Part shown: positions 61,723 through 64,000 of the stretch, in pieces
Layout of the letters: each line of letters begins with the position of its first letter
How positions within the stretch are numbered: position 1 is the stretch's first letter
From: a virus
Virus record (IMG/VR): IMGVR_UViG_3300045988_151578
Length of the DNA: 64,000 nt
Direction: 5' to 3' (one strand)
Program-made: the position numbers and the translations under genes
Notes under the pieces: generated by a model
Seen by the model: only the letters and a program-made list of their open reading frames with translations
Database searches by the model: none
Told to the model about the DNA's origin: nothing

Positions 61723-63221
61723 TTTGGTAATATTATTACATTAGACTTACCTTTCCTTATATGATTAGTGATGGCTTTCCCCATTATATCATCATCAGCA
61801 TATACTTCTCCTTCAAGATCTACATCACCTTGAGAATTAGCTCTATGCTTACCCATAGCAACAGGTCTATTCAAACTGTCATATATAAATGTATAGGCTT
61901 CTTGTACAAAGAATGGATCTTTTACTACTATATTGTTTTCTCTTATATCAGTTTCTAGTCCGTCAATTATAACGGGTCTATTCTTATTAGTAGTTAACCA
62001 ACCAGGACACTTATCCATCTCTGGTTTGCTCTTACCTTTTTTCTTAACAAGCTTTTGATAAAAATATAAATTTGGGTAACCCTCTGCTTGTAAAAAAGCG
62101 GTTACTGCCATACCAACATCATTTGATTCAGGGGCTAAGGTAGCATAATTATAATAAGTTCCAGTATCACCAAGTAACCTACTAAATTTATCTACAGATA
62201 CTTTCCCCTTAAATACAGATTGTTCTTCACCATCCTTATCCATACAAGTAAATGATGAATAGTCTGAAGCTCTACCAGTTGAAACATCAGCTCCAATGAA
62301 ATATTTCTTATCCTTTTCTGGTTCATTAAATCTTCGATATTGACCATTCATTGCAGTATATATTGCAGGATAATCAGATAAACAGTCTTCTATAGCTTTT
62401 ATATCTGTAAGATCAAATACAGTATTTCCTGAACCAAGAAAGTCTCCATCAATCTCTTGAGCAGTTCTTCTTGGTCCAAGAGCTTTAGCCATTTCAGTAT
62501 ACCAATTATCATCTCTTTCAGGGTGCATTCTCCAATACAATCTAATTGGTACAAATGGATTAGACCCAGCTAAGGCTTCTACCCAGCTTGAGTGATAAAA
62601 TCCACCTATACCAAATGGAGTACTGTTAACTATAGCAGATCCTCCCGTAGATAGTGTTGGGAATGCAGCTGCCCATATTTGAGCAGACCATCTAACAATA
62701 GCTGCTTCATCTATGATTAGCAATGACAAAGATTCAGAACGACCAGCTTCGGAAGAAGTAGGTATAGATTCTATAAATGACCCATTATCGAATTCTATCA
62801 TTGAAGCACTACCATATTCTCCAGTTCTACCATTTATAATTGGTGTTTGTAAGTACCATGGTAGATTCTTATACATATACTTAATCTTTCTAAGTACTTT
62901 CTTAGCTGTAGTGTCCTTAATTGAGATAATGTTTATCTTTTTATTGGGGTGATACATAGCTAACCATAAACAGTACATAGATATAAGCTCGGTAATACCA
63001 GCTTGTCTAAATTTAAGTATTATGTTAAACCTATTGCATAAGAATTGGTAAAGTACTGACTTTTGATAAGGATATAGATTGAATTGAACCTTACCTTTTA
63101 CTGGATGTATAACGTATATAAAAGTACTAAAGAAGAAAGGGTCCTTAGTAACTTGATACAAGTTATGTAATTCAGTACTGGTTAAGTTCTTAGAACTAAA
63201 ATCTTCTCCTCTTTTTGCCAT
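61719..63221 (-). CDS. terLs: terminase large subunit
   Basis: ATPase motifs (FRQAGITELIS Walker-A-like, LLIIDEAAIV Walker B, VNSTPFG coupling motif) and a C-terminal RNase-H-like nuclease (..FIGADVSTGRASDYS.., ..DDIMG..). Confidence 0.9.
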   Translation of the reverse strand: MAKRGEDFSSKNLTSTELHNLYQVTKDPFFFSTFIYVIHPVKGKVQFNLYPYQKSVLYQFLCNRFNIILKFRQAGITELISMYCLWLAMYHPNKKINIISIKDTTAKKVLRKIKYMYKNLPWYLQTPIINGRTGEYGSASMIEFDNGSFIESIPTSSEAGRSESLSLLIIDEAAIVRWSAQIWAAAFPTLSTGGSAIVNSTPFGIGGFYHSSWVEALAGSNPFVPIRLYWRMHPERDDNWYTEMAKALGPRRTAQEIDGDFLGSGNTVFDLTDIKAIEDCLSDYPAIYTAMNGQYRRFNEPEKDKKYFIGADVSTGRASDYSSFTCMDKDGEEQSVFKGKVSVDKFSRLLGDTGTYYNYATLAPESNDVGMAVTAFLQAEGYPNLYFYQKLVKKKGKSKPEMDKCPGWLTTNKNRPVIIDGLETDIRENNIVVKDPFFVQEAYTFIYDSLNRPVAMGKHRANSQGDVDLEGEVYADDDIMGKAITNHIRKGKSNVIILPK

Positions 63222-63222
63222 G

Positions 63223-63915
63223 TTATTTAAACTTATATGTGATGGAAATTTCTAAATCTTTACCCAAACTTTTCTGAAGGCTTGGATAATAGAATAGATT
63301 TACTCCAAGATTATAATTAAATCTCTTAGTCTCGAGAGATATACCTGAAGATAAATCCCAAAAGTTATTAAATACTCGATATTTACCTTGAATGTAAGGT
63401 ACCAATTTAAGGTTAATTTTATTACCTACTTCCTTAACGGTTAATTTCCCATCTACCCAATTATAGGCATAATTATCTAAATCTATTGGATAATCCTCGA
63501 TTTTATAGGTACTATCGATAACATTTTTAAATGTAAGTGATAGGAAATCCTTAGATAATAAGAATTGATAGATAGAATCACCAAGAAATCCCGAAGAATA
63601 GCCACCGTAATTGGTGCCCGTCATAGGAGATAGTGTGTCATCGGCATGTGTTGCATAAGAGACGGAATCGTAGCTATTACTTTCGGGATTTTTGAAAAGT
63701 GTAACCTTAGTAGGAATCATACCGTTGTTAAACGGTTCTACTTTCTTAAATTCATCCAGATTCTTATAAACTGTATCCGGTACGGAAGATGTAGTATGGA
63801 TGTATCCCGTATCGGAATTTAGTTTGTGATTTAGATAAATTGATCGAAAGCAAAAGTAAATAGTCAATAGTGATAAAATTATGATCGCTAAATTCTTGAT
63901 CTTGTTATTATCCAT
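63223..63915 (-). CDS. membrane-anchored beta-rich hypothetical protein
   Basis: N-terminal hydrophobic helix (LAIIILSLLTIYFCF). The beta-rich body ends in ..LEISITYKFK. It occupies the slot where a small terminase is usually found. Confidence 0.5.
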   Translation of the reverse strand: MDNNKIKNLAIIILSLLTIYFCFRSIYLNHKLNSDTGYIHTTSSVPDTVYKNLDEFKKVEPFNNGMIPTKVTLFKNPESNSYDSVSYATHADDTLSPMTGTNYGGYSSGFLGDSIYQFLLSKDFLSLTFKNVIDSTYKIEDYPIDLDNYAYNWVDGKLTVKEVGNKINLKLVPYIQGKYRVFNNFWDLSSGISLETKRFNYNLGVNLFYYPSLQKSLGKDLEISITYKFK

Positions 63916-63960
63916 AAATCGAAATTTAAATTCTTATCAGTTAGTGAATATTGATACTAT

Positions 63961-63988
63961 TATTGGGCTTTACACGTAAAGCCCAATA
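63961..63988. terminator. GC-rich hairpin upstream of the packaging operon
   Basis: Inverted repeat TATTGGGCTTTAC / GTAAAGCCCAATA (13-bp arms, 2-nt centre). There is no T-run on either strand. Confidence 0.4.
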
Positions 63989-64000
63989 TTGATTGAGCGT

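Noticed and set aside
1-64000. CRISPR arrays, a diversity-generating retroelement, integrase/lysogeny genes, and stop-codon reassignment
   Set aside because: There are no spaced direct repeats. There is no reverse transcriptase or template/variable repeat pair near the fibre genes. No recombinase or repressor motifs are present. All large genes are intact under the standard code, so nothing supports recoding.

Overview
This window is a 64-kb segment of an AT-rich, contractile-tailed dsDNA phage genome (myovirus-type), roughly one-third G+C by eye. All convincing genes but one lie on the minus strand. Read in the direction of transcription (right to left), the order is as follows. (1) A packaging and head module: large terminase, portal, prohead protease/scaffold, decoration-like protein, major capsid protein, PKD-domain protein. 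(2) Three fibre genes. (3) Neck and tail-completion genes. (4) A tail module: sheath, tube, frameshifted tail chaperone, tape measure, LysM protein, hub/spike/gp25/J baseplate genes, a 1416-aa baseplate-fibre protein and a tail-collar fibre. (5) A single plus-strand sigma-like gene. (6) A T4-flavoured replication, recombination and nucleotide-metabolism module: DnaB-like helicase, primase, SF2 helicase, dUTPase, gp56-like NTP pyrophosphatase, ThyA-fold enzyme, family-A DNA polymerase, GroES-like co-chaperonin, gp32-like SSB, RecA/UvsX, FEN, kinase, Mre11/Rad50, resolvase. (7) A NusG-like and an HTH/sigma-region-4-like protein. (8) A block of small orphan early genes, including poly-lysine and poly-acidic proteins. 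Four copies of a near-identical promoter cassette match the Bacteroidota -33 TTTG / -7 TAnnTTTG consensus, and Shine-Dalgarno sequences are absent (A-rich AACTTTAAAA leaders instead). Both point to a Bacteroidota host, probably Flavobacteriia-like. I found no tRNA, CRISPR array, integrase, reverse transcriptase or recognisable lysis cassette. The most interesting signals are: a strong, reading-frame-independent excess of the GC palindrome CCCGGG; a T4-like cytosine-replacement enzyme set built around a ThyA homologue with Asp at the Asn177 position; phage-encoded transcription factors (sigma-like, NusG-like) together with conserved promoter, leader and restart motifs; and a textbook -1 frameshift in the tail chaperone. 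All functional calls come from by-eye motif recognition. No database search was run.
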